From positions 1 through 24,386 of the forward strand of contig CADBXQ010000007.1 of the NCBI GenBank assembly GCA_902798675.1: a stretch of DNA of 24,386 nucleotides, written 5' to 3'. Shown here piece after piece: positions 9,820 to 21,929 of the stretch. The DNA comes from Oscillospiraceae bacterium. GTDB taxonomy: Bacteria > Bacillota > Clostridia > Oscillospirales > Ruminococcaceae. The notes beneath the pieces were generated by a model. That model was not told where the DNA came from. It saw only the letters and a program-made list of their open reading frames with translations, and did no database searches. The first letter of the stretch is position 1. Every line of letters starts with the position of its first letter. A program made the position numbers and the translations under genes.

Positions 9820-10926
9820 CTAACCTTTATTTTTAAAAATATCCAATATTTTGGTGAAATCATCGTCCATATCAATCACGTCATCAAATCCTCCAGCAGA
9901 CTCCGGCTCATCAGGCTCTTCAGGATTAACATCAGAAACCGTCGTCTTTCTGATCTTTTCTTTAAATTCAGTGTCAAATCCTGTTGCAATAACCGTGATT
10001 TTTAGCTCGTCTTCCAAGTTTTCATCAAAAGCAACGCCAAATATAATGTTTGCTTCAGGGTCAACGCTTTGGCTGATGTGACTGGTTGCAGCATCTATTT
10101 CATCAAATTCAATCGTCGGCGGCGCTGTTATGTTGATTATCAGGCCTTTAGCTCCATCAATCGAAGTTTCAAGAAGCGGGCTTGATATGGCGCTTTCCGC
10201 AGCAATTATCGCCTTGTCCTTCCCCTGAGCGCTCGAAACTCCCATATGAGCATATCCGGCGTCTTTCATTATGGCGCTAACATCCGCAAAGTCCAAATTG
10301 ATAAAACCTGAAGTGTTGATAAGCTCGGAAATGCTTTTAACTCCCTGTTTTAAAACATCATCCGCGGCCTGGAACGCATTAGCAAAAGTTATCTTTCGGT
10401 CATCAAGCATTTTTAAACGCTCGTTTGGAACAACAACTAAAGAATCAACGCATGCCCTAAGACGCGCTATTCCCTGTTCCGCTTGACGCATCCTTAAAGC
10501 TCCTTCGAAATTGAAAGGTTTAGTCACGACTCCAATTGTCAAAATCCCCATCTCACGAGCAATTTGAGCAACAACCGGCGCTGCGCCAGTCCCAGTTCCG
10601 CCGCCCATTCCTGCTGTTATAAACAGCATTTGAGCTCCTTTCAAAGCTGCTGCTATTTCCTCTCTGCTTTCTTCCGCCGCGCTTTCTCCAACCTCCGGAT
10701 TTCCTCCTGCGCCATCTCCCTTTGTTGTTTTAGCTCCAATTGAAACTTTATGACTAGCCTTTGAAGACAAAAGGATCTGGTTGTCAGTGTTTATGGCGAT
10801 AAAATCGACATATTGCATGTCGGAGTCAACCATTCGATTAACAGCGTTTCCGCCCCCGCCTCCAACACCAATAACCTTAATATTTACTGCATAGTCATCA
10901 TCATGCATAATTTTTATGCTGCCCAA
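9820..10926 (-). CDS. ftsZ: Cell division protein FtsZ
   Basis: [29 protein letters not shown] tubulin signature and NLDFAD T7 loop. TTG start after AGGAGG. Confidence 0.98.
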   Translation of the reverse strand: MGSIKIMHDDDYAVNIKVIGVGGGGGNAVNRMVDSDMQYVDFIAINTDNQILLSSKASHKVSIGAKTTKGDGAGGNPEVGESAAEESREEIAAALKGAQMLFITAGMGGGTGTGAAPVVAQIAREMGILTIGVVTKPFNFEGALRMRQAEQGIARLRACVDSLVVVPNERLKMLDDRKITFANAFQAADDVLKQGVKSISELINTSGFINLDFADVSAIMKDAGYAHMGVSSAQGKDKAIIAAESAISSPLLETSIDGAKGLIINITAPPTIEFDEIDAATSHISQSVDPEANIIFGVAFDENLEDELKITVIATGFDTEFKEKIRKTTVSDVNPEEPDEPESAGGFDDVIDMDDDFTKILDIFKNKG

Positions 10927-11079
10927 AACCGCTTCCTCCTATACACCAAACTTTTGCAATGTCCAATATTTTAGAGTTAAGTAGGATAAAACCTAGTATT
11001 TTGTTAATATATATTTCATCGCCATAAATCAAGCGAACTAAAATAGCAAAATTTTACTTAACCTCGCCGCATAGCAATT

Positions 11080-11108
11080 ATGATACCACACAAAAAGGTC
11101 AAATTCAA
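11080..11108 (-). promoter_or_regulatory. sigmaA-type promoter for ftsZ
   Basis: TTGAAT-N17-TATCAT with an extended -10 TG (TGTGGTATCAT), about 150 nt upstream of the ftsZ start. Confidence 0.6.
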
Positions 11109-11261
11109 TAGTTTTTTGTCAATTTAATTAAATTTTTTTTGGATCCATATATTTATGTGTTAAAATTAATTTATTAAAACAGCATCTAACAACGTTTTGT
11201 AATATATTATTCTGTTTAAACCGAGTGTCTTTTTTAAATTTCCGCAATTCAAAAGTTTTAA

Positions 11262-12071
11262 CTAGCATTTTTCTGGTAAAAAATGAACAGATTTAGTCGA
11301 AAAATCTAAAAATATTCTTCCATTTTCGTTTATTCCTATATATTCATCTAATATATTAGCAGCCATCTTGAGCATATATTGGGCGTTTGAAATGTCAGAA
11401 ATTTCGATAATAACGCGATTTTGATATGTAACATATGCTCCGTTTTCAGAAAGTTCAATCTCGCTAACATCTTTAAGCCCAACATTATCAATAATACTAA
11501 TTAAATTGTCAATTTTTGTTTTATTTTCTTTTGATATTTGAAAATATTCGCCTTTTTGATAATTTTGTGGGTCTTCACCATCTATTTTCAAAATCATCAA
11601 GTCACTTTTAAAACAAGGCTGGTCTGGTTCAACAATTCGTCCATACCTGGATATATATATATATCTGCCGTCATTTTTTTGATAGCAAAACTTTAATTCA
11701 CATGGCTTGCAATCAATAATCAATTTATTCGGAAATGATCGCTTAACATCAACTTTTTCCAACTCTAAACAAGAATTTAATATGCGCTCCTCTGTTTTTT
11801 CGAGATTCACTCTCAACAAATTGTCTCCAACTTTAACTTCGCTGGCATCCAAAATGTCGTCAGTCGAATATTTCCCAGTTTCTCTAACTTCAATCACATC
11901 AACATTAAAAAAAACAGTTAGTGATAAAGATATGCTTATTGTTAAAAAAATAATAAAAATCAGAATATAATATAAAATATATGCTCTTTTTTTGCGCCTT
12001 TTCCTCATCCCACAGCTTTTGAGTTTTGCGATCTCTCTGGAATTTATCCTGGTTCTCTTTGTTTTTTTCAT
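11262..12071 (-). CDS. ftsQ: Cell division protein FtsQ/DivIB
   Basis: Basic cytoplasmic N-terminus, one TM helix (YILYYILIFIIFLTISISLSLTVFF), POTRA-like segment (GDNLLRVNL...V.VKRSFPNKL.I) and dcw position. Confidence 0.85.
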   Translation of the reverse strand: MKKTKRTRINSREIAKLKSCGMRKRRKKRAYILYYILIFIIFLTISISLSLTVFFNVDVIEVRETGKYSTDDILDASEVKVGDNLLRVNLEKTEERILNSCLELEKVDVKRSFPNKLIIDCKPCELKFCYQKNDGRYIYISRYGRIVEPDQPCFKSDLMILKIDGEDPQNYQKGEYFQISKENKTKIDNLISIIDNVGLKDVSEIELSENGAYVTYQNRVIIEISDISNAQYMLKMAANILDEYIGINENGRIFLDFSTKSVHFLPEKC

Positions 12072-12117
12072 CTCTTCCCCTTATTTATTTAAGCCGCTAT
12101 ATATTTAAAAATTAAAC

Positions 12118-13334
12118 CTATGCTCGAAAAACACTCGCTCCCAATTTCGAAAATTGCTGCTCGATTTTTTCATAACCTCTGTCGATATAGCAAACCTTGA
12201 AAATTTCAGTTTTTCCAGCCGCCGCTAAAGCTGCAACCAGCAAAGAAGCTCCTCCCCTCAAATCCGTTGCATATACAGAAGCTCCCCTAAGAATCCTGCC
12301 TCCCTCAACAACAGCAACTCTTCCCTCAATTTTGATTGACGCGCCCAAACGCCTGAGCTCGGGAACATGCCTGAAACGATTTTCAAAAATTGTTTCAACA
12401 AAGATTGTTGTCCCTCTTGAAACACACGCAAGCGCCATCATTATCGGCTGAAGATCGGTTGGAAAGCCGGGATATGGCATGGTTCGAATCGGCTGCGGAG
12501 AAATCAAAAAATTTTTAGCATACAAAAAAATAGTGTTTTCACATGCACGCACCACACATCCCATGTCGGTTAAAACGGGCAAAACAGAGCTTAAATGACT
12601 CGCCCGAACCGAGTTTAGCAAAACCTCGCCCCCCGTGACAGCAACTCCACAAAGAAGCGTTGCAGCAACAATCCTGTCTGGCATAATATTATACTCGCAT
12701 GGCGTTAATTTTTCAACCCCTTTGATTCTAATAACCTGCGTTCCGCCTCCAAATATTTTTGCTCCACATTTATTTAAATAGTCGCAAAGATCCTTTATTT
12801 CAGGCTCAATTGCCGCATTATTTATCACTGTTTCTCCGTAAGCTGTCGCCGCAGCCAGCAAAATGTTTTCGGTTGCTCCAACGCTTGGAAATGACAAAAA
12901 TATCTCAGCGCCATGGATCCTTGAGCCCGAAACCCTGCATCGCAATTCTCCACAGCTTTCAGAAATTTCAACTCCCATCTTTTTTAAAGACGCTATGTGG
13001 AGATCGATTGGCCTGCTGCCTATATCGCATCCCCCTGGAAAATAGACCGTCGCCTCCCCGCATCTTGCCAATATTGCTCCCTGGAAATCTCATTCCGACA
13101 AACTCCGCCAGAGTCGATTATCAAGGTTTTGCCCTGCCAAACAGTTTTGCATCCAAGCAGATTTAAAATTTCGCACGCGGTGATTGTGTCTTTCAAAATC
13201 GGGCACATATGTAGGACATTTTCACCGCCAGTGAGTATTGTTGCGCCAATTATCGGCAAACTTGCGTTTTTTGACCCTTGAACATGAGCCTCCCCCTCAA
13301 GCTTTCTTCCTCCATCTACAACTATTTTTTCCAT
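12118..13334 (-). pseudogene. murA: UDP-N-acetylglucosamine 1-carboxyvinyltransferase, split by a frameshifting deletion at 13081-13082
   Basis: Codons 1-84 (13334..13083) contain K22 (GSKNASLP). After 2 orphan nt (AG) a second frame starts GAILARCG...PGGCDIGSRPIDLH...PSVGATEN...GFPTD...FENRF...DLRGGA...IDRGYE. The joined length is 404 aa versus about 417-420 for MurA, and MR(A/S)S is missing. Confidence 0.92.
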
Positions 13335-13369
13335 TCATAACCACCCCGCTGCACAGTAACTATACAGCT

Positions 13370-13398
13370 TATTTTATGCATATTGCAAAATTTGGGTG
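13370..13398 (-). promoter_or_regulatory. Candidate sigmaK/sigmaE-like promoter for murA
   Basis: CACC-N16-CATAAAATA matches the mACm-N16-CATAnnnT sigmaK consensus, within the 126-nt murG-murA gap. Confidence 0.4.
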
Positions 13399-13460
13399 AG
13401 TCTTTTTAAAATATATAACTTAAATCACATATTTTCAATTTAAAGCCATATTTCATAATA

Positions 13461-14573
13461 TCAAAACAAATTCATAACATGCTCAAAAACTCTTTTAGGG
13501 GTGTCGAATATGGCAATTTTAGCTGCATTTTTGCTATATTCTCTCAATTTATTTCTGTCTTCATAAAAGGATTTAACAGTTTGTATTAAAAACAATTTGT
13601 CATATGACTTTTCTTCAACAACAACCGCAGCTCCCCTGTTTTGTAAAACAACGGCATTATAATACTGATGGTTTTCAGCGACGTTTGGAGAAGGAATCAA
13701 AATTGAAGGCTTTGCTGCTGCTTCAAGTTCCGCAAGAGTCAAAGCGCCCGCCCTGCAGACAACCAAATCTGCAGCCGCCAAACATATATCCATATCGTGT
13801 ATATAGTCTCGAACGTCAATTCTTGGATTTTTTGTCAAATCAACCCCGCGCTCTTCAAGCATTTTCGGAAAACACTTGACCCCAAGCCGCCCCATAGCGT
13901 GGATGTGGTTTATTTTTCCGAAGGCACTGTGCCACGCCATCAAATCTGCTGCGATTTCATTGACTTTAACCGCGCCTAAACTTCCTCCAAATGACAATAT
14001 GCAAAAATTATCATCCATTTTTAAAATTTTTCTGGCCTGGGATTTATTTTTTTCTAAAACGTTTTTCCTGACAGGGTTTCCAACAACAACCGCTCGACAT
14101 TCAGGCAGCCTTTTTTTAGCTTCATCAACCGCCAAAAAGACGATGTCTGCTCTTTTGGCAAGGACTTTGTTCGTTATTCCGGGATAGGCATTTTGCTCAT
14201 GGATTGCGGTTTTGATTCCCATTTTGTTTGCTTCCAGAAGGATTGGCCCAGAAACATATCCCCCTGTTCCAATAACGATATCCGGTTTAAACTTACGTAT
14301 GATGCTTTTTGCGCTAAATCGCGATATAGCAAGCAAGTATAGCGCATCCACATTCCTGAAAAGATTCTTTAAAGAGGGCTTCCTTTGAAATCCACGAACC
14401 CTCATTGAAACAAAGTCATACCCCGCCTGAGGGACCAAATTCGACTCCATTCCTCTTGGAGTCCCTGCAAAACATATGTTAACATCTTTAAGGTTATCCC
14501 TAAAATAATCCGCAATCGCAATGGCAGGATTAATATGCCCCGCTGTTCCCCCAGCAGCAAAAAGTATGTTCAT
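13461..14573 (-). CDS. murG: Lipid II GlcNAc transferase MurG
   Basis: GGTAGHINP, GTGGYVSGP, HEQNAYPGITN, GNPVR, GGSLGA, CRAGALTLAE and NHQYYNA motifs. Confidence 0.97.
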   Translation of the reverse strand: MNILFAAGGTAGHINPAIAIADYFRDNLKDVNICFAGTPRGMESNLVPQAGYDFVSMRVRGFQRKPSLKNLFRNVDALYLLAISRFSAKSIIRKFKPDIVIGTGGYVSGPILLEANKMGIKTAIHEQNAYPGITNKVLAKRADIVFLAVDEAKKRLPECRAVVVGNPVRKNVLEKNKSQARKILKMDDNFCILSFGGSLGAVKVNEIAADLMAWHSAFGKINHIHAMGRLGVKCFPKMLEERGVDLTKNPRIDVRDYIHDMDICLAAADLVVCRAGALTLAELEAAAKPSILIPSPNVAENHQYYNAVVLQNRGAAVVVEEKSYDKLFLIQTVKSFYEDRNKLREYSKNAAKIAIFDTPKRVFEHVMNLF

Positions 14574-14619
14574 ATTCTCGCCTCCGTTTAAAAAGAAAAA
14601 ATAAATATACCACTTTTTC

Positions 14620-15855
14620 CTATCCTCTGATTCGTCGAAGCTTTCCCAAAGGCCTTGAAACGCCGGATAATTTAGGCGTCAGCGCATGCCTTGAGACGGA
14701 AAGGACAACCCCCATCTCAGCCAGCTGCATCGCAAGCGCCGTCCCTCCATAGCTGAAAAACGGCAGGCTGATCCCAGTGTTTGGAACTGTTGCAGTGACA
14801 ACAGCGATATTAAACATGGCCTGAATTCCAAATTGAGCAACAATCCCCGCGCAAAGCAAGGTGCCAAATTTGTCTTTTGATTTAGACGCAATCTCAAAGC
14901 CTTTATAGCAAAAAAGCAAAAACAAAACAATAACAACAACCGCCCCAACAATTCCGAGCTCCTCGCTAATAACCGCGAATATGAAGTCATTGTGAACCTC
15001 TGGGAGATACATAAACTTTTGACGAGATCGCCCAAGGCCCAATCCAAAAGCGCCGCCAGACCCGATTGCAAGCAAGCTTTGATCTGTCTGCATGGTGTTT
15101 TTTATTGGGTCGGAAAAGGGATGAAGCCAATAGTATACACGCCCTCCCATATAGTTTCCTTTGAAAAACAATATATAGACAAGGGCCGCTCCCGCAATCA
15201 AAAACAAAATTATAAACCACCGCGGCCTGGTCCCCCCAACAAACATCATAACTCCCGCTATTGAACACATCAAAATTATCCCCGAAAGATGCGGCTCAAG
15301 ATACATCAGCGAAACAACTATTCCAAGCAGGGTTGAAAACAATAAAACGCCAAACCCAAAAGTTTTCATTTTGCTTTGGTTTGCGGAAATCATCGACGAA
15401 AATAGCAAAATCAACGAAAATTTCATCAATTCTGACGGTTGAAACTGAAAAAAAGGCCCGAATTGAATCCATCTTTTTATCCCATTGGCATCCCCTTTCA
15501 TGAACAAAACAACAACCAAAAGACAAAGCGAAATCAAAAAAAGAGGCATCGCGAACTTTCTGAGCTTATTATAGTCTATTTTAGACATAAAAAACATCGC
15601 CAAAAGCCCGAGAGCTGCGTGGATTGATTGCTTAAAAATAAAATGGAAGCTGTTTCCTTGTTTATAGTAATATGCTCTGGCAAAACTTGCAGAAAAAAGC
15701 ATGACAAGACCAAACGCCAGCAGTATAAAAACCAAGATCAAAAAGACAGGATCCATAGCCCGAGCGTCGCTGCTGCTGAAACCTGTGGATTTTTTCCCAA
15801 CATTTTTAAAACTAAAAGAAGGCTTTAAAGGTTTGGTCCTAACGCTTTTTCTCAT
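14620..15855 (-). CDS. spoVE: SEDS peptidoglycan glycosyltransferase SpoVE/FtsW
   Basis: GIKRWI, FQPSELMK, GSGG.FGLGLG.S.QK, LPEVHNDFIFAVISEELG and PFFSYGGT. Start placed at the ATG at 15855 after GGAGG. Confidence 0.9.
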   Translation of the reverse strand: MRKSVRTKPLKPSFSFKNVGKKSTGFSSSDARAMDPVFLILVFILLAFGLVMLFSASFARAYYYKQGNSFHFIFKQSIHAALGLLAMFFMSKIDYNKLRKFAMPLFLISLCLLVVVLFMKGDANGIKRWIQFGPFFQFQPSELMKFSLILLFSSMISANQSKMKTFGFGVLLFSTLLGIVVSLMYLEPHLSGIILMCSIAGVMMFVGGTRPRWFIILFLIAGAALVYILFFKGNYMGGRVYYWLHPFSDPIKNTMQTDQSLLAIGSGGAFGLGLGRSRQKFMYLPEVHNDFIFAVISEELGIVGAVVVIVLFLLFCYKGFEIASKSKDKFGTLLCAGIVAQFGIQAMFNIAVVTATVPNTGISLPFFSYGGTALAMQLAEMGVVLSVSRHALTPKLSGVSRPLGKLRRIRG

Positions 15856-15909
15856 GATCTGCCTCCGCCCCAAAGAAATTTCTATACGTATAATTTAACA
15901 TGTTTAAAA

Positions 15910-16908
15910 CTATATGAAAAATTTTGCTAAACAACCAAAAATTGCCGTCACTATTGAAAAAACCATGACAATTTTAACTTCTCCCCATCCGCACATTTCG
16001 AAGTGGTGGTGGATCGGGCTCATTTTAAAGACTCTTTTCCCGGTTAATTTAAAGCTTGCAACCTGTATGACAACAGACATTGCCTCGACGATATACACTA
16101 TCCCAACAACTATGATGAGAATTGGTTGATTCAAGCCAAATCCCAGAGAAACAACCATCCCCCCTAAAAACATCGAGCCTGTGTCGCCCATAAAAACTTT
16201 GGCAGGATGGAAATTCCAAACTAAAAATCCCAAACATCCTCCACAAAGCGCAGCTGCAAAAATGTTCATTGTGTAAAAAGACAGGTAATTTGAAACCAGC
16301 ATAAAAACTATTGCATATACAGCCGTCACGGAGCTTGCCAAGCCATCAACGCCATCTGTCAAATTAACCGCATTAACAACGCCATATATTCCCAAAATAG
16401 AAATTATGTAGTAAAAAATTCCAAAATTGACCGATCCAACCAGGGGTATGTCAACAATCGTGCTTAAACAGCCATTCATCATCAGCGTTAAAAAATAGGA
16501 TATGACTATGACAAACTGAAACAAAGTCTTTTGAATTGCGAAAAGCCCTTGATTTTGGCGCCTAACAACCTTAATATAGTCGTCAACAAAGCCAACAGCC
16601 GCAAGCCCAAGCGAACAAAAAACCCCTGCCCAAAGCCGAATTAAATCGCAGCTTTCAAAGTCATCCAAACTGTCTTTTGATATTTGAGTGAAATAATACG
16701 CAAAAAGTATCCCAAGGACAATCCCGATGATGAACAAAATGCCTCCCATGGTTGGCGTTCCGTTTTTGCTCAAATGCCACCTCGGCCCGATCTCCTTGAT
16801 TGATTGCCCAACTTTGAGCCGCTTTAAAACCGGCAATATAACTATTCCCAGCAAAGACGTTGCCAAAAAAGAGGTCAGTATTGCTATAAAAACCGCCATC
16901 AAAATCAT
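15910..16908 (-). CDS. mraY: Phospho-N-acetylmuramoyl-pentapeptide transferase
   Basis: KNGTPTMGG, GFVDDYIK, NAVNLTDGVDGL, FMGDTGS and PIHHHFE motifs. Confidence 0.97.
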   Translation of the reverse strand: MILMAVFIAILTSFLATSLLGIVILPVLKRLKVGQSIKEIGPRWHLSKNGTPTMGGILFIIGIVLGILFAYYFTQISKDSLDDFESCDLIRLWAGVFCSLGLAAVGFVDDYIKVVRRQNQGLFAIQKTLFQFVIVISYFLTLMMNGCLSTIVDIPLVGSVNFGIFYYIISILGIYGVVNAVNLTDGVDGLASSVTAVYAIVFMLVSNYLSFYTMNIFAAALCGGCLGFLVWNFHPAKVFMGDTGSMFLGGMVVSLGFGLNQPILIIVVGIVYIVEAMSVVIQVASFKLTGKRVFKMSPIHHHFEMCGWGEVKIVMVFSIVTAIFGCLAKFFI

Positions 16909-16929
16909 AAAATTTTCGTCCTTTCAGGG

Positions 16930-18306
16930 TTATATCCGATTAAAAACAGCTTCGATTATGTCTTCAAATCGCATGCGCCGACTGGCCTTAAACAAAACAA
17001 CATCCCCCGATTTGACCTCGGATTCAAGCTTTTCAATCAAATCCTCCTTGGTTTTAAAATGCCAAATTTTTTGCTCCGAATTTTGTTCACAGCAGCTCAA
17101 AGCGCCTTCATATATCTCCCTGGCTTCATCTCCATAGCAATATATTAAATCAACGCCAAATCCAAAAGCAATCTCCCCCAATTCTCTATGAGCCGGTTTT
17201 GATATCGCTCCAAGCTCCAGCATATCACCCAAAACAGCAATCCTTCGACCCGAACAAGAAATCGTCATCAGAGAAGTTATTGCTGCTTTCATGGATTCTG
17301 GGCTTGCATTATAGCAATCAGCGATGACTGTTGCGCCGCCAACTTCAAAAACCTTTTGCCGCATGCCAATTCCCCTATATTCACTCAAAGCCCGAGCAAC
17401 CTCTTTGGGCTCAATTTTTGCAATAATCCCAACAGCAAAGGCAAAAAGCGCATTAATGACATTGTGGTTTCCTAAAATCGGAATCAAAACATGCTCAACA
17501 TTTTTGCCATATCTTATATCAAATTCCGTTTTTGATCCATCAGTTTTTATGTTATATGCATAGTATTCACAATTTTTGTTTTGAATTCCGCATTTGACAA
17601 TCTTGTGGTTTGGCAGAATTAAATCCTTCAGCTTATCATTGTCGCCGCCAACAATTAAAGTTGATCCTTTTGGCATATATTCCAATATTTCCAATTTAGT
17701 CTTGAGGATTCCATCCCTGGATTCAAAATTTTCCATATGCGAAACGCCAACATTTGTTATTATTCCAAGCGTTGGTTTTGCGGCCTGACTCAAAACTAAA
17801 ATGTCCCCAGTATTACACATGCCCATTTCAACAACAGCCGCACCATAGGAAGAATCAAGCCCAAACAAAGTCTTTGAAACGCCAACTTCATTGTTTAAAT
17901 TTCCGTCTGTTTTTAAAACTTTCATTTTGCTGCCTAAAACTCTTGAAACCATCTCTTTTGTTGTTGTTTTTCCGTCACTTCCCGTGACCCCAACAACCAT
18001 TCCCGAAAAACGCGACCTGTTTAAATAAGCAAGATCCAAAAGAGCTCGTTGGGTGTCTTCAACAACTATTTGAGGAACCAGAAGCTGTTCTTTTTCGGTT
18101 ATCACCAAAGACGCTCCTTTTTCAATCGCGGACTGTATGAAATCATGGCCATCAAAACGCTCTCCCTTAAGAGCAACAAAAGCGCATCCTTTTTTAACCG
18201 CCCGATCATCCGTCACAACACTGTTTATTTCTTTACACGAAATGTTTTTAGCAACTCCACCAACTGCTTTTAAAACATCATCAATTTTTATTGGATCCAT
18301 ATCCAT
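16930..18306 (-). CDS. murF: UDP-MurNAc-tripeptide--D-Ala-D-Ala ligase (start may be the ATG at 18300)
   Basis: GERFDGH, VTGSDGKTTTKEM, NLNNEVG, EMGM, ITNVGVSH, DCYNASPES, LGDMLELG and KASR motifs. Confidence 0.95.
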   Translation of the reverse strand: MDMDPIKIDDVLKAVGGVAKNISCKEINSVVTDDRAVKKGCAFVALKGERFDGHDFIQSAIEKGASLVITEKEQLLVPQIVVEDTQRALLDLAYLNRSRFSGMVVGVTGSDGKTTTKEMVSRVLGSKMKVLKTDGNLNNEVGVSKTLFGLDSSYGAAVVEMGMCNTGDILVLSQAAKPTLGIITNVGVSHMENFESRDGILKTKLEILEYMPKGSTLIVGGDNDKLKDLILPNHKIVKCGIQNKNCEYYAYNIKTDGSKTEFDIRYGKNVEHVLIPILGNHNVINALFAFAVGIIAKIEPKEVARALSEYRGIGMRQKVFEVGGATVIADCYNASPESMKAAITSLMTISCSGRRIAVLGDMLELGAISKPAHRELGEIAFGFGVDLIYCYGDEAREIYEGALSCCEQNSEQKIWHFKTKEDLIEKLESEVKSGDVVLFKASRRMRFEDIIEAVFNRI

Positions 18307-18360
18307 TTTCCTCCCAAAAATAACTAAAATTCAAAAAGACAATCGTCTATATATAATATA

Positions 18361-19794
<1,434 letters not shown>

Positions 19795-19854
19795 AGCCTA
19801 AACCTCTCTTGCCAACAAAATATATTTAATATGACTAAATGTATTAAAAAGCGT

Positions 19855-21837
19855 TCATCCCGTTTCATCATCCGTTAAAAACTCAACAGAAACAACCGCT
19901 CCCCGCAAAACGTTTTCTCCAGGAGAAGGCGACTGGGAAACTGCCCTTGCTTTTTGGCTTTGAACGCCGGAATTTTCAACCGACAAATTGAGCCCACATC
20001 CCGCCAAAACGCTGTTTGCCTCGGCCTGACTCAGCCCCAAAAGATTTGGAACGCCAATCATCCTGTTTTCAAAATTTTCGGTGTATAAAATCACTTTGTT
20101 TGACCGGCTGACGTTGTTTCCGGTTTTTGGAGTTTGGTTTAAAACATTTCCCCCAGAGCCAACAACTTCAACATTTTTAAACCCAGACCTTTGAAGCTTT
20201 CCCCGAGCCTGGTCAACCGACATTCCCTCGCAAGCGGGAACAATAGCCGAAATATGTTCCAATTCATCTTGTGTATATTCCGGAGCTATTCCGAGATATG
20301 GAGCAGCCTCTTTCATGATTTTAGCAAAAACTGGGCTTGCAATCGTTCCGCCGTAATATGTTCCGTCGGTTGGAGTGTCTATCAAAACCATTAATGAATA
20401 CTGTGGCTTTTCGGCAGGAATTGCTCCAACAAACGAGCTAACATATGTTTTTTGGCCGGTTTGCTGCATATGTTTTAGCTTTTGAGCGGTTCCGGATTTT
20501 CCAATAATTCGATAGCCAGGAATGCTCGCATTTGTTCCCTTGCCGTCTATTCCTTTAACAACGCCCTCTAAAACGCCTCTCATAGTGTTTGATGTTGTTT
20601 CGGATATGACTTGGCGCTTTGTTTGGGAGCCGATTGTTTGCAAAACGTTTCCATTGCTGTCTAAAACCTGATTGACAACATGCGGAGTGTGGAGATATCC
20701 TCCATTGACAACAGCATTAAAAGCCGAAATCATCTGAACAGCAGTTATCGCCTCGGTCTGGCCAAATGATTCCGAAGCAAGCGAGACGGGAGTGAAATCC
20801 TTTTCTTTAACATATATCGAATCGGTTTCCCCCGGCAGGTCGATTTTGGTTTTTTCTGTCATTCCATACATGGAAAAATATCTGAAAAAGAGATTTGGAC
20901 CAAGCGACGCGCCGATTTTTATGAAAGCCGGGTTGCAAGAATTTATAAAGGCCTGCGTGAAATTTTCGGATCCATGGCCGGACGTCCTCCAGCAGCCAAA
21001 CTTCCTATCATCAACAACACACGACCCGTTGCAGTGGAAGGTGCTGTTTAGCGTCATTGTTCCTTCCTCCAAAGCCGCCGATCCAGTCACAACCTTAAAA
21101 ACTGAGCCCGGTTCATATGTTTCTGAAACCGCCTTGTTGGTCCAAACAGCTGTTCTGGCGTCGGCCTCAGACTTGCCCTCAATCGCGGGAAACTGGTCAA
21201 TTGGCGGGAGAACAAACGGATCGTTTAGGTTAAAATCAGGTTTGATTGAAAGAGCCAGTATCTCCCCTGTGTTGACGTTGGTCATGATCGCCATACACCT
21301 GTTTGCAGGTTTTCGCACCTTCATGACCTCATCAAGCGCCTTATCACAGTAGTGCTGCAAAGTGCTGTCTAGCGACAAAACCAATGAATTTCCATCCTGA
21401 GAAGGATAATATGACTCATAGTCATATGGCATCGGGCCCCCTTTGGCATTTTGAACCCCGGTGACTTTTCCCGCAACTCCAGAAAGCTCTTTGTTATATG
21501 AAAGCTCAACTCCAAGAAGCCCTTGATTATCTCCTCCAACAAAGCCAATTGTTTGAGCTGCCATATTACTCATAGGATAATATCTTTTAGTGTCCTCAAC
21601 CATGTGTATCCCCAAAATATGGTTGCTATGTATAAAATCTAAAATTTTGTCAACATCCGGCTTTTCAACTTTTTTCTTAACTATCTCATATTTTGTTTTA
21701 GATTCACATTTTTTCAAAATCTTTTCATATTCAACGCTCAACGTCTGGGCGAGGAAGCTTGAAATCTTTTCTTCATCGCCTTTTTTGATTTGGTTTGGCG
21801 CCAAAGAAACAGTCCAAACAGTTGCGCTTTGAGCTAA
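19855..21837 (-). pseudogene. spoVD: Class B PBP (SpoVD/FtsI family, 2 PASTA domains), 5'-truncated: no RBS, start codon or TM anchor
   Basis: The frame is open for 660 codons from LAQSATVWTVSLAP. It contains RYYP, EPGSVFK (SxxK), NSCN (SxN), GKSGTAQ (KS/TG) and two PASTA repeats. An in-frame TGA lies immediately upstream (21838-21840), then only 114 nt of AT-rich DNA to the ftsL stop, with no SD-linked start seen. Confidence 0.85.
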
Positions 21838-21929
21838 TCAAATATGCGTCAAAAACTCACAAAAATATTCAAAAACAAACTAAAAATTTGCGATATAATT
21901 CAAAATTTCAAAACATATCTATATATATT

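Noticed and set aside
13020-13082. Programmed ribosomal frameshift or hop as an explanation for split murA (and the split ATPase)
   Set aside because: No slippery heptamer at the junctions, and conserved residues are physically absent, so recoding cannot restore them.
13502-13508. Spo0A box TGTCGAA near the murG 3' end (others at about 3349 and 6002)
   Set aside because: 7-mers inside coding sequence at a frequency expected by chance.
15856-15909. Absence of murD between mraY and spoVE (and of murB, murC, ftsA in the cluster)
   Set aside because: The gap is short with no remnant, and these genes are often located elsewhere in Clostridia, so it cannot be called a loss from this window.
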